From Limnothrix sp. BL-A-16 (GTDB taxonomy: Bacteria; Cyanobacteriota; Cyanobacteriia; CACIAM-69d), in NCBI GenBank assembly GCA_041937175.2, contig CP166615.1, positions 3,072,001 to 3,136,000 of the forward strand: 64,000 nucleotides of DNA. Direction: 5' to 3'. Below are positions 18,790 to 27,761 of this stretch, piece after piece. A program made the position numbers and the translations under genes. The stretch's first letter is position 1. Each line of letters opens with the position of its first letter. The notes beneath the pieces are model-generated. The model was not told the origin of the DNA and searched no databases. It saw only the letters and a list, made by a program, of their open reading frames with translations.

Positions 18790-19179
18790 GATCGTCCTCG
18801 AATGATGAGTAGTTGCATTCCCCCTAATCGTAATTCACTCGATCGGCTTGATTTAGCCTATGAATTGACTTGAGCTGGCTAGCCGATTGAATTTCTGGGT
18901 AATGTTTGATTAACTTTTCGATCCACTTCTCGATCAACTTGATTAGTTAAGTTTGTTCTTGAGTTGGTTGGTTGAATTGGTTGGTTGAACTGGTTGAGTC
19001 ACTTGGGGATTCATACCCCACCCCTTAGGGTGGCATAACTGCCGGGGCTGGCCCCATGGGTTTATACCCAGTTGATTGAATTGATCGGTTTGATTTTAAG
19101 AATTTCGATTTACTTCATCCCATAGATGATGACCAAATCGTGGGGTGCAAACTTCACACCCCCCAAAAACGCAACTTAG

Positions 19180-19629
19180 CTACAGCTCACCACGAATTTC
19201 TTCCACGATGCCATCCCGTAGCAGAATTTCAACCTGCATTTTGTCAATCAAATTGTCGCCCTGTTGCACCTGAAACAGGCTTTCCATTTGCGTTTGAATC
19301 ACTTCATTGTCCAGTTCCAAGGAGTGAACCCGGTTGAGCTGTTGCAACACTTGGTTTTTTTGCTCCAGCATTTGGGATTTCTGGTCGTTCACCTGGGCCT
19401 GAATATTTTCGATTTGGCGAGTCACTTCCGGGCCGGGCGGTTGAATGCTTTGGCGCTGAATTTCCGCGATTGCCCGCTGACCTTGGGTTTCCAGTTGCTG
19501 TAACTGGCGATCGAGCTGGTCAATTTGCCGCTGCAATTCAACCTGCGCATCTTCCTTCCAGCGCGGCGTAACAACGGCCTTCACAATCACGGGGCGCTTG
19601 AGCCACAGGCCCGCTGAAGTCGTATCCAT
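19180..19629 (-). CDS. YlqD family protein
   Basis: LKRPVIVKAVVTPRWKE, coiled coil, GDNL..KMQVEILLRDG.VEEIRG; start could be 19677. Confidence 0.85.
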   Translation of the reverse strand: MDTTSAGLWLKRPVIVKAVVTPRWKEDAQVELQRQIDQLDRQLQQLETQGQRAIAEIQRQSIQPPGPEVTRQIENIQAQVNDQKSQMLEQKNQVLQQLNRVHSLELDNEVIQTQMESLFQVQQGDNLIDKMQVEILLRDGIVEEIRGEL

Positions 19630-20000
19630 GGGAGTTTGCACGCTTGAGGTGTACTGGGTGTTGATCATCGGTCTCACTGTTCTTGCATCGGCCAGAGACC
19701 ATGGCCCGGGCGCGATCGTATCGCGGGACTGTGAGCCATGGCAATCAACCCTTTCCCCCCTTCACTTCATATTTGCCCGTTAATCGGCCATTTGCTTGAC
19801 CAAAAATTCATCAAAAAACTCAGGAACTGCCCCTACGATCAGGGAAGAAAGTATTAAGCCTTTTGGGTGCATCTTCGGTTTCTAGCCATCTGATCAAAGC
19901 TTCAATTGCAAGCCAAAGTAATTTTTTATACTTGCAACGATTCAGGCGAAACCGCTCTCTAACTTCGCGACCGTTCCACTCTCTGAAGTCTTCTCTACTC

Positions 20001-20870
20001 ATGCGTAACCACATTCCTTCCTTCCTGCTCAAAGCAACCGTCACCGCCTCCGTGGCAACCCTGAGTGTTGCAGCCGGATCGGCCCAGGCATTTAACATCA
20101 ATCCCCGTAGCACAGCGCCGGATTACTTCCAAGAAGTGTTGCCTTCCATGGCTCCCTTTGTAGGCAAGGAAGCTCGGAAGTTAGACCCCAACGAAATTAA
20201 ATTTCGCACCTTGGATGAATCGCTGCTGCAACTGAAGCATGACCACGATGTGAAGGTTTACTTCCTCGGTGAAACGGCTGGCGGCTATCGCAACCGTCTG
20301 GACTTTGCCACCACCGGAACAACGGTTACAGCGCAGACGAAGATCTTTGGGGACACCTCTTGCAGCCCCAGCCAAAGCAAGACCTTGGTGAACTTCAGCG
20401 GCTTTTGCCAAAATCCGAACGCTGCCGTAGCAGGGCGATCGGTTCAAGACAGCCCCCTGAACGTGGGCGATTGGGTGAACCTGGGCAAGTTTAAGGCTGG
20501 CACGATTTTTGATTTCAGCCTGGTTTCCAACTGGATTAACGGCGGCATTTCCGGCAAGGATGTGCGCACTGGCAAGACGGTTCCGGGTCAGTTCCGGGCT
20601 AATGCCAAGGACAATCCCGATGGCAAGCAACATGCCATGTCCTACTTCTACGAAGATTTGCTGGTGCTGGCTTTTGAAGATCTATGGGGCGGTGGTGACC
20701 AAGACTTCAACGACACGGTGTTCGTGATCGACTTCGGCCGCAAGAACAACCGTGAAATTGCAGGGGTGGCCACGCCGGAACCGACGGTCATGATGGGTCT
20801 GGGCCTGGTGGGTCTGGGTCTGGCTGGGTCGGCGAAGCGTCGTTCGCGCAAGTCTGATACCGCATCCTAA
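20001..20870 (+). CDS. PEP-CTERM surface protein with DUF4114 domain
   Basis: Signal peptide ending SAQA; AFEDLWGGGDQDFNDTVF; C-terminal TPEPT + hydrophobic stretch + KRRSRK. Confidence 0.88.
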   Translation: MRNHIPSFLLKATVTASVATLSVAAGSAQAFNINPRSTAPDYFQEVLPSMAPFVGKEARKLDPNEIKFRTLDESLLQLKHDHDVKVYFLGETAGGYRNRLDFATTGTTVTAQTKIFGDTSCSPSQSKTLVNFSGFCQNPNAAVAGRSVQDSPLNVGDWVNLGKFKAGTIFDFSLVSNWINGGISGKDVRTGKTVPGQFRANAKDNPDGKQHAMSYFYEDLLVLAFEDLWGGGDQDFNDTVFVIDFGRKNNREIAGVATPEPTVMMGLGLVGLGLAGSAKRRSRKSDTAS

Positions 20871-20986
20871 GCACTGCAAAACCTGCGGATAGCAGGAGTT
20901 GAGCTAGGGTTGTTGAACTCTCCGGGTTCTGAAGGCTGAATCATTCGTCAGGATTTCGCAGGAATTGAACTGAGTCGAAGTTGATC

Positions 20987-21029
20987 AAAAAACCCCGGGG
21001 TTCCCTAATGATGGGAATCCGGGGTTTTT
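20987..21029. terminator. Bidirectional intrinsic terminator
   Basis: AAAAAACCCCGGGGTTCCC...GGGAATCCGGGGTTTTT between convergent genes. Confidence 0.8.
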
Positions 21030-21097
21030 CTGATCAGATGCGTTGAATCAGATTCTGGTTTGGGTCAATCTTGAGCCAAATTTCCTAGCCAAATTTC

Positions 21098-21382
21098 CTA
21101 GCCAAACTTATAGTGCTTGCGGATGGTTTGGGTGATGTTCCATGTGCAAGCCAAACCGGCAGAGAAGGTGACTAAATCGCCTTTGCGAATGGTGATGGGT
21201 TCGCCGCCATCGGGGGTGACGGTCACTTCGCCTTCAAGGATGTAGCAAGTTTCCGCTTCATCATAGGTCCATGGAAATTCCGAAACCTGTTTGGTCCAAA
21301 TGGGCCAGTTGTACACGTCCAAGGCCGCGAGTCGATCGGGGGTGGGGTGCGATTCGAGCTGAATAGTAGTGGTTGTGCTCAT
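21098..21382 (-). CDS. Cupin domain protein (DUF861/Cupin_3)
   Basis: WPIWTKQVSEFPWTYDEAETCYILEGEVTVTP...GDLVTF..GL.CTW.I...IRKHY. Confidence 0.9.
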   Translation of the reverse strand: MSTTTTIQLESHPTPDRLAALDVYNWPIWTKQVSEFPWTYDEAETCYILEGEVTVTPDGGEPITIRKGDLVTFSAGLACTWNITQTIRKHYKFG

Positions 21383-21431
21383 GGCAAAACATGAAAAAAC
21401 ACTAGAGAATTGATGGCGATTGTAGGACGGG

Positions 21432-22460
21432 ATGGATTGCACTTGGCCAAGGGTCGGGATTTATAAAGATCGGCATCCCCAAGAGCAGCGCTCCAAAAAT
21501 CAGCATTCAAAAGGTCGGCACTTGAAACCCCCAACTCACGCCGCTGTGAATCCCCATGCTGGGCACCGGGCCCGATCGCTCCGGTGGGGAGTGCTGTTGG
21601 CGGGGATGGCGGCGATTTCAACGGGGGCGATTTTTGCTCGCTGGGCGATGCAGTCGGCGGGGCGATCGGACTGGGGGTTTGGCCTGTGGTTGGCGGCGGG
21701 GCGGGTGACGTTGGCGGCGCTGGCGGTGGCTCCGGCTTGGCCCCAAACCGGGCGATCGCCCCGATCGGCCTGGCCTTGGGCATTGGGGGCAGGGGCTTGC
21801 TTGGCGCTGCACTTCGTCTGTTGGCTCAGTTCGTTGGGCTACACCTCGATCGCCGCTTCCACTGTGCTGGTAACCACCACGCCGGTTTGGGTGGCCCTGA
21901 TTACCGGTGTCATCACCCAAAAATTCGCCGGTTGGATTGCCTGGGCTGGTTTGGCGATCGCCTTGGGGGGCAGCGCCGTGATTGCCCTCAGCCAAGATGC
22001 CGGGACGATCGGCAGCGATCCTCTGTTGGGGAATGGGTTAGCCTTGGCAGGAGCCTTGGCCGCAGCGGGCTATCTACTCCTTGGGCGGGTTGCCCAGCAA
22101 CGGGGGCTAGCCATTGGTTCCTACGCGGCTTTGGCCTATGGCAGTGCGGCCCTGTTGCTGAGTCCGTTGGTGGCCCTGTGGGGTGGCGGTTGGCAAACCA
22201 TCACCCCCACAACGGTGCTGGCGATCGCCCTGTCGGCCTTGGTTCCGCAACTGATTGGCCACACCAGTTTTAATTGGCTGGTGACCCAAATGCCGCCCCT
22301 GTGGGTGACCCTGGCTATTTTGTTTGAGCCGGTGGGAGCCAGTAGTTTGGGGTGGGTGGTGTTTGGGGAACAACCGGGAATGGGCGTGCTGTTGGGGGGC
22401 GTGATTGTATTGCTGGGGGTGGTGCTGGTGGTGCTGGGGGGGCGATCGGCCCAGGGGTGA
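21432..22460 (+). CDS. DMT/EamA family transporter (true start probably further downstream)
   Basis: About 10 TM helices; LALHF..W..SL.YTSIA.ST.L, PQLIGHT.FNW, LFEPVGAS. Confidence 0.85.
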   Translation: MDCTWPRVGIYKDRHPQEQRSKNQHSKGRHLKPPTHAAVNPHAGHRARSLRWGVLLAGMAAISTGAIFARWAMQSAGRSDWGFGLWLAAGRVTLAALAVAPAWPQTGRSPRSAWPWALGAGACLALHFVCWLSSLGYTSIAASTVLVTTTPVWVALITGVITQKFAGWIAWAGLAIALGGSAVIALSQDAGTIGSDPLLGNGLALAGALAAAGYLLLGRVAQQRGLAIGSYAALAYGSAALLLSPLVALWGGGWQTITPTTVLAIALSALVPQLIGHTSFNWLVTQMPPLWVTLAILFEPVGASSLGWVVFGEQPGMGVLLGGVIVLLGVVLVVLGGRSAQG

Positions 22461-22627
22461 TCCCGCGCCATTTGGCCGAACTGCGCTGAACTCTGCCGAA
22501 CTGTACCGATCACCAAGACGATGGAGTGAGTGATGAAAGGGATAGTTCAGGGGTTGCCCACAGGGGAGTCAAGGGGGGCGATCGCCTGGGGGTAGGGGCA
22601 CTGTCCGCAAGGATTTGAGGATTCATC

Positions 22628-25279
22628 GTGCTGAAGTTTTGGTCTGTGGCAGCATTTTGCACCTTTGCCCGATCGCGCTGGGCCCAAGAGCGAATCCCTG
22701 TGGGGCGCTGGTGGCGTTGGTCCCAGGCTTGGGCCGCAGCGGGCGAACTGGAGGCGGTCTTAGCGGCCTTGGAAGCGGCGGTGATCCAGCGTCCCGGCTC
22801 GTTTAAATTAGTACGGCAACTGCTGGATACCTATGGCCAAGCGGGCTATCGACGGGCGGCCTGGCGACCGGTACAGCGGTTGGTGGCCGTGCGGCCCCGG
22901 GTGGCCGGGCGGGCTTGGGCCGCTTTGGGGGACTTGTATTGGGCGATGGGCGAATGGTCGGAAGCCATGCACGCCTACGATGAGGCTAAACAAAATCAGT
23001 ATCAGTCCACCTATCTAGAGGAACGGGCCGCCCGCTTTTGGGCCAGTCGTCAGGATTGGACGCGGGCCAAGGGAGCTTGGTGGACGGCGATCGCCTGGGA
23101 ACCGAGCGATCGACCCGATTGGCACGAGGCACTCTGCTTTGTGCTGCTGAGCGATCGCGATTTTGACGGGGCCATCAAGGCCGGAGAAACGGCCCTGGCT
23201 CTGGGGGGCGATCGGGCGGTGACTTGGCATCGGTTGGCTCAAGCGCATCGGGAACGGGGCGATCGTCCCACGGGTAACCGCTGTTTGCGGCGGGCCTGGC
23301 AAGTGGGAGCTAGGGATCCCTGGAGTTGGTTCCCCCAGGTCGGTGAATGTGCCGATCGCCCAGAATGGCAACGGGCTTGGCAAATGTTGCAGAGTGCGCC
23401 GGGTTTGGCGGTTCCCGAAACGGCCGCCGATTATCGCCGCTGGTCGCAACTGGCCAGCCAAGCGGGGGATTGGCCAGCGGCCATGGCCGCCCTCGATCGG
23501 GCCATGGCCTTGGATCCGTTGGCCCCGCCTGATGATTGGTGTGCCTTGGCGGATCTCTGTGCGCGATCGGGACAAGACCACCTGGCCAGCCTGGCTTGGC
23601 AACGGGCCTTAACCGCCGGAGCCAATCAGGGCGGAGTTTATTATGCCTATGCCGAATCCCAGCCCCGGTCATCATTGCCCGATCGCCTGGCCCTGTGGCG
23701 GCGAGCGATTCAAGCCAACCCCACTGATCCCCGGATGTATGACAACTACGGCCAAACCCTGGAAGCGGCCAACCGCCCGATCGCCGCGTTGGCCGCCTAT
23801 GGCCGGGCCATTCTGCTAGCCGGCCGACGTTTGGATATTCCCTTTCGACAAGGGGGAACCCTGTTGCAACAATTGGGTTGGTGGCGGCTGGCCTGCTGGT
23901 TTTGGGATCAAGCCAGTCTGCTCGCCCCCGATAGTGTTTGGTTCCAAGCGGAACGCCAAGCGGCCCTGGCTCGCCGGGCCCAATCACAGGGGCAATGGCA
24001 ACGGGCGATCGACCATTTCATGGCCGCCCTACGCTATCAGCCGGAATTTTGGCCCGCCTATGACGGCATCCAAGCGGTACTGGCGGCCGCCGGATTGCCC
24101 CCGGCCGATCCATCGCCCACTTCCCCGAGCCTGTTTTGCCAACTGCCTGATGGTCTGGCAGAAGCCACCAGCCTCCTAGCTACCGATTGGCAAGGTGTCG
24201 CGGCCGAGCTGCCGGGAACGGACTGTTTTCCCGCCTTTGAACCGGAAACCCATCCCCTGCGCGATTCCCAAGGCTTGGGCGATCCCCTGCCGGAATTACA
24301 GGCGATCGAGCCTACCTTGGATGCGCCGGCCGCCTACACCGTTGCGATTCCCCAAGGGCGAGCCTGGGGCGATAACCTGTGCAGCGTGGTGTTCAATGCC
24401 CACAATCAGGTGATTCGCGACTGTTCAACGGGTTACAGCGCCATTGTTGCCAGTTCGCCGCACCTGCCGCCGCCCCAACATTTCGCCGGAACGGTGGCTT
24501 TTTTGGCCACGCGCTGGGGCAAGGTCACCTATTTTCACTGGATGTTTGATCTGTTGCCTCGGTTGGAGGTGTTGCGGCGATCGGGCTTTGAGTGGGACTC
24601 GATCGATCGCTTTGTGGTCAATCTGTACGAATTACCCTTCCAACACCAAAGCTTTGAGCGGTTGCAAATTCCCCTGGAAAAAGTGGTGGCCTGCTGCCAT
24701 ACGGAATGGTTTGGTTCCGTGGATCCGGTTCAGGGGCGAATTCCCCATCTAACGGCCGATCGGCTGTTGGTGCCAGCGATTCCTGAGTTGCGGATCTATC
24801 GGGGATCGCGCTGGGCCCATCAGTTTTTGCGCGATACCTTTTTGGAACCGGCCCGCATTTCCCGCTTTCCCGATCGCCTCTACATCACCCGCCGCAGCGC
24901 CGCCTATCGCCAAGTGCTGAACGATCGGGAGGTGATTGAAACCTTGGAACAGTTCGGCTTTCGGGCGATCGACCCGGCCCGCCTGCCGCTGGTTGATCAG
25001 GCGGCGGCCTTCGCGGCGGCCAAGGTGATTGTGGCGGTGCATGGGGCCGGGCTAACGAACCTGGTGTTTGCCCAGCCTGGCACGAAGGTAGTTGAGATTT
25101 TCCAACCCAGTCACCGCCAAAATACCTATTGGCTCCTGAGCAACTTGGGTGGCTTGGAACACTATCACCTCACGGCGGATCTAGCACCCGGCGCGGAACA
25201 GGCCACCGCCGTGCAACAGAACATTACGATCAACCTCGATCGCCTCAAAGCCCTGCTGAAGCTAGCCGGAATTGATTAG
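22628..25279 (+). CDS. TPR-repeat protein with C-terminal glycosyltransferase family 61 (DUF563) domain
   Basis: Multiple TPR-like helical repeats; YFHWMFDLLPRL, LYITRR.A.YRQVLN, VAVHGAGLTNLVF. Confidence 0.85.
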   Translation: MLKFWSVAAFCTFARSRWAQERIPVGRWWRWSQAWAAAGELEAVLAALEAAVIQRPGSFKLVRQLLDTYGQAGYRRAAWRPVQRLVAVRPRVAGRAWAALGDLYWAMGEWSEAMHAYDEAKQNQYQSTYLEERAARFWASRQDWTRAKGAWWTAIAWEPSDRPDWHEALCFVLLSDRDFDGAIKAGETALALGGDRAVTWHRLAQAHRERGDRPTGNRCLRRAWQVGARDPWSWFPQVGECADRPEWQRAWQMLQSAPGLAVPETAADYRRWSQLASQAGDWPAAMAALDRAMALDPLAPPDDWCALADLCARSGQDHLASLAWQRALTAGANQGGVYYAYAESQPRSSLPDRLALWRRAIQANPTDPRMYDNYGQTLEAANRPIAALAAYGRAILLAGRRLDIPFRQGGTLLQQLGWWRLACWFWDQASLLAPDSVWFQAERQAALARRAQSQGQWQRAIDHFMAALRYQPEFWPAYDGIQAVLAAAGLPPADPSPTSPSLFCQLPDGLAEATSLLATDWQGVAAELPGTDCFPAFEPETHPLRDSQGLGDPLPELQAIEPTLDAPAAYTVAIPQGRAWGDNLCSVVFNAHNQVIRDCSTGYSAIVASSPHLPPPQHFAGTVAFLATRWGKVTYFHWMFDLLPRLEVLRRSGFEWDSIDRFVVNLYELPFQHQSFERLQIPLEKVVACCHTEWFGSVDPVQGRIPHLTADRLLVPAIPELRIYRGSRWAHQFLRDTFLEPARISRFPDRLYITRRSAAYRQVLNDREVIETLEQFGFRAIDPARLPLVDQAAAFAAAKVIVAVHGAGLTNLVFAQPGTKVVEIFQPSHRQNTYWLLSNLGGLEHYHLTADLAPGAEQATAVQQNITINLDRLKALLKLAGID

Positions 25280-25328
25280 CAGAGTCGGGCTAGCGCAAAG
25301 CAGTAAAACATGAATGAAACCTGCGCAA

Positions 25329-26117
25329 TCAAGTGCTGACAATTCCTGACCATTGCACGGTTTTCGTACCGTCGCGGCGATAGGAAAAGAACCGATCGCC
25401 CTCGCAATAGGTGCAGTGGGGCGCGATGGTGACCTGCTCCCGATCGAGACCCAAATTCAACACCTGCTGGACGATCGTTTGGCGCACATCCAACCGCGCC
25501 TTTCCCGGTTCCGGATCCGGCAACACGGGCGGTTGTTCCCAGCCTTGGGCCTCCTTCAGGGGCACTGCCAGCGAGGCCACCACCTCTTCAGCCACTTCTT
25601 CCGTCACTTGATAAACCGCACCGGAAATGGCCGGGCCCAGCGCCACCCGCAAATCCGCCAGTTGGCTGCCCTGTTGGCGCATCCGTTCGATCGCCTTGGG
25701 CACAATGGCCGCCGCCGTTCCCCGCCAACCGGAATGCACCGCCGCCACCTGACCGGTTTTTAAATCCGCAATCAAAGCCGGGGTGCAATCGGCGCTGCAA
25801 ACCCACATCACCTGCCCCGGGCGATCGCTCAACAGTCCATCGGCTTGGGGATAGGTGGATTGCTCGCTAGCGGTGGCCGTTGCCTCCTGGAGCACGGCCC
25901 CTGCTGTAATTTCTGCAATTTCTGCTGGAGCCACCACCCGATCGCCATGCACCTGCTTGACTCGGAAGGTTTGGGCCGCGTCATCCAGCACCAAAGCCAG
26001 CTCAGCCGGCGGGCGGGGTGCAAAGTGCCGGGTAAAAAAACCGTGGGGAATTGGCTCCAACAGGGAGCAGGTGAGATAGGGCAGTCCTTGCCAGTTGCGC
26101 CAATGCCAGCCAGTCAC
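25329..26117 (-). CDS. pgeF: Peptidoglycan editing factor PgeF/YfiH
   Basis: HGFFTR, QVHG, ADG, SADCTP, AVHSGWRG, LGPAI, CTYC...FFSYRR; GTG start at 26117. Confidence 0.9.
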   Translation of the reverse strand: MTGWHWRNWQGLPYLTCSLLEPIPHGFFTRHFAPRPPAELALVLDDAAQTFRVKQVHGDRVVAPAEIAEITAGAVLQEATATASEQSTYPQADGLLSDRPGQVMWVCSADCTPALIADLKTGQVAAVHSGWRGTAAAIVPKAIERMRQQGSQLADLRVALGPAISGAVYQVTEEVAEEVVASLAVPLKEAQGWEQPPVLPDPEPGKARLDVRQTIVQQVLNLGLDREQVTIAPHCTYCEGDRFFSYRRDGTKTVQWSGIVST

Positions 26118-26396
26118 GATCGAGCCTCCCAAGCGTTCTGAGTTGGCATGATAGGTGGAATGGTAACCGAACCCAAAGTTTGCGGGTACAGAACAGCCAT
26201 TGGGGCTTTTCAAAGATCCAGCCCAGAGATCCCGCCAGAACCGAAGAGTTGCTCAACTCTTGCCTCTCGTCCCCCTTTGCGGGGTATGATGGGACGGCTC
26301 AACGTTACCCGTTAACTTGAGTTGTCCTTAGGGGCGAGTCAGCTTAATTGATCGGTTTAATATTGATCGGTTTAATTGATCAATTGGCTCCACTAA

Positions 26397-26793
26397 GGGG
26401 GCATGGCGGAATGGTAGACGCTACGGACTTAAGACAATTGAGCCTCGGTTGAGAAATCGATCGAGTGGCAGCTCTCAAACTCAGGGAAACCTAAGGCACG
26501 GAACCAATTCTGGGACGTTGTTCACAGATCACCCCGATCGCTACGGCAATCCTGAGCCAAGCCGAAGGTGCAAAAAGCTCGCGGGCTTTTCCTTCGGAAG
26601 GTGCAGAGACTCGACGGGAGCTACCCTAACGTAACCAGCCGAGGGTAAAGGGAGAGTCCAATCTTCAACGCCAAACGGTCGATCGAGCAGCTTTGCTGAC
26701 TCACGAGCCGAATTGTGCAGGGGCGAAAGCCACAGGAAGATGAAAATCCGTTGACCCTAAACGGTCGTGAGGGTTCGAGCCCCTCTGCCCCCA
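26397..26793 (+). tRNA. trnL: tRNA-Leu(UAA), split by a group I intron (exons 26397-26430 and 26743-26793)
   Basis: Acceptor stem GGGGGCA/TGCCCCC+A; spliced anticodon arm ACGGA-CTT^AAAA-TCCGT; T-loop GGTTCGAGCC; no encoded CCA. Confidence 0.96.
26431..26742 (+). ncRNA. Group I self-splicing intron (312 nt), no homing-endonuclease ORF
   Basis: Conserved cores CTCTCAAACTCAGGGAAACC, GGCAATCCTGAGCCAAG, GTGCAGAGACTCGACGG, GGGTAAAGGGAGAGTCCAA; terminal G. Confidence 0.95.
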
Positions 26794-26874
26794 TCTTTAA
26801 ACCCATAAACCCATTTCCGATCCAAAGCTCCGGTCAGTTCTTCTGGTCGGAGCTGCGCGTGATTCACCGGCAAT

Positions 26875-27660
26875 TTAACTAGAAGCGCTGGTGTAGAACC
26901 GGAGGGCAAAACGCCAAAATTGATTGGACAAATACAACAGCCCGATCGCCAGCAACCCTGAAACGCCTACCAAAAACCAAGCATCGCGGCCCAAGGCAAT
27001 TTGTGCCGGCACGGTTGTCATAAACAACACCGGCACAATGAACGTGAAAAAGAAGCGAAACGCCGCCGGATAGGCCGTGAGGGGATAGCGACCAGCTTCC
27101 AAAAGCCCTCGCAACACTTCCGTGATGTTATAGATTTTGGTGAACCAAATGCTGGTGGCCCCTAACACAAACCAGAGGCTATATAAAATTAGCAATCCAA
27201 AGCCAAGCGGCAACATTGCCCAGCCATATTGCCACCAGGGAAGTTGTAGGTTGATCCCGGCATAGAAAATCAACCCCAAACCGAGGGCAATGTCAGGAAA
27301 ACCCCAGAGGGAAACGGCGCGGGTGGATAGCCAAAATTGGCTGCTAATGGGTTTCAGTAAAACAAAATCCAGGGTTCCTAGCTCCACCTGGCGCACGATG
27401 CTGTTCAGGTTGGGAGCTAAAAAGGTGTTGGAAAAGCCTTGCAAAAACAGAAAAAGACCCAAGACCAAAAGTGCTTCATACCAGTTCCAGTCCTGGAAGG
27501 TATAGCCTGTTCGATAAAACAAAAAAAGCCCAAAGCCGCTGGCAATTCCCCCGCCAATGGAAGAGATGCTGGCTAAGAGAAAGTTGCCGCGATATTCCAT
27601 TTCGGCCGCGATCGCGGTGGTGACAAACAACCGCAGGAGTTTCCAATGATGAAGCAGCAT
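26875..27660 (-). CDS. ABC-2 type transporter permease (DUF990-like)
   Basis: EMEYRGNF, GTLDFVLLKP, GRYP..AYP, FTFIVPV.F.T.VPA, LRFYTSASS. Confidence 0.85.
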   Translation of the reverse strand: MLLHHWKLLRLFVTTAIAAEMEYRGNFLLASISSIGGGIASGFGLFLFYRTGYTFQDWNWYEALLVLGLFLFLQGFSNTFLAPNLNSIVRQVELGTLDFVLLKPISSQFWLSTRAVSLWGFPDIALGLGLIFYAGINLQLPWWQYGWAMLPLGFGLLILYSLWFVLGATSIWFTKIYNITEVLRGLLEAGRYPLTAYPAAFRFFFTFIVPVLFMTTVPAQIALGRDAWFLVGVSGLLAIGLLYLSNQFWRFALRFYTSASS

Positions 27661-27761
27661 GGGGACGGAGTGGTAAGGGCCGATTGCAGCCGGGGCGATC
27701 GGGTTGGGCGATCGCCCTCAGGATGGATGGTTGAAGCGGACGGGCGGGAATAGCTAACCCA

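Noticed and set aside
26449..26806. Small ORFs within the tRNA-Leu intron as a homing endonuclease
   Set aside because: Only 61 aa, with no HNH, LAGLIDADG or GIY-YIG motif; they overlap conserved ribozyme cores.
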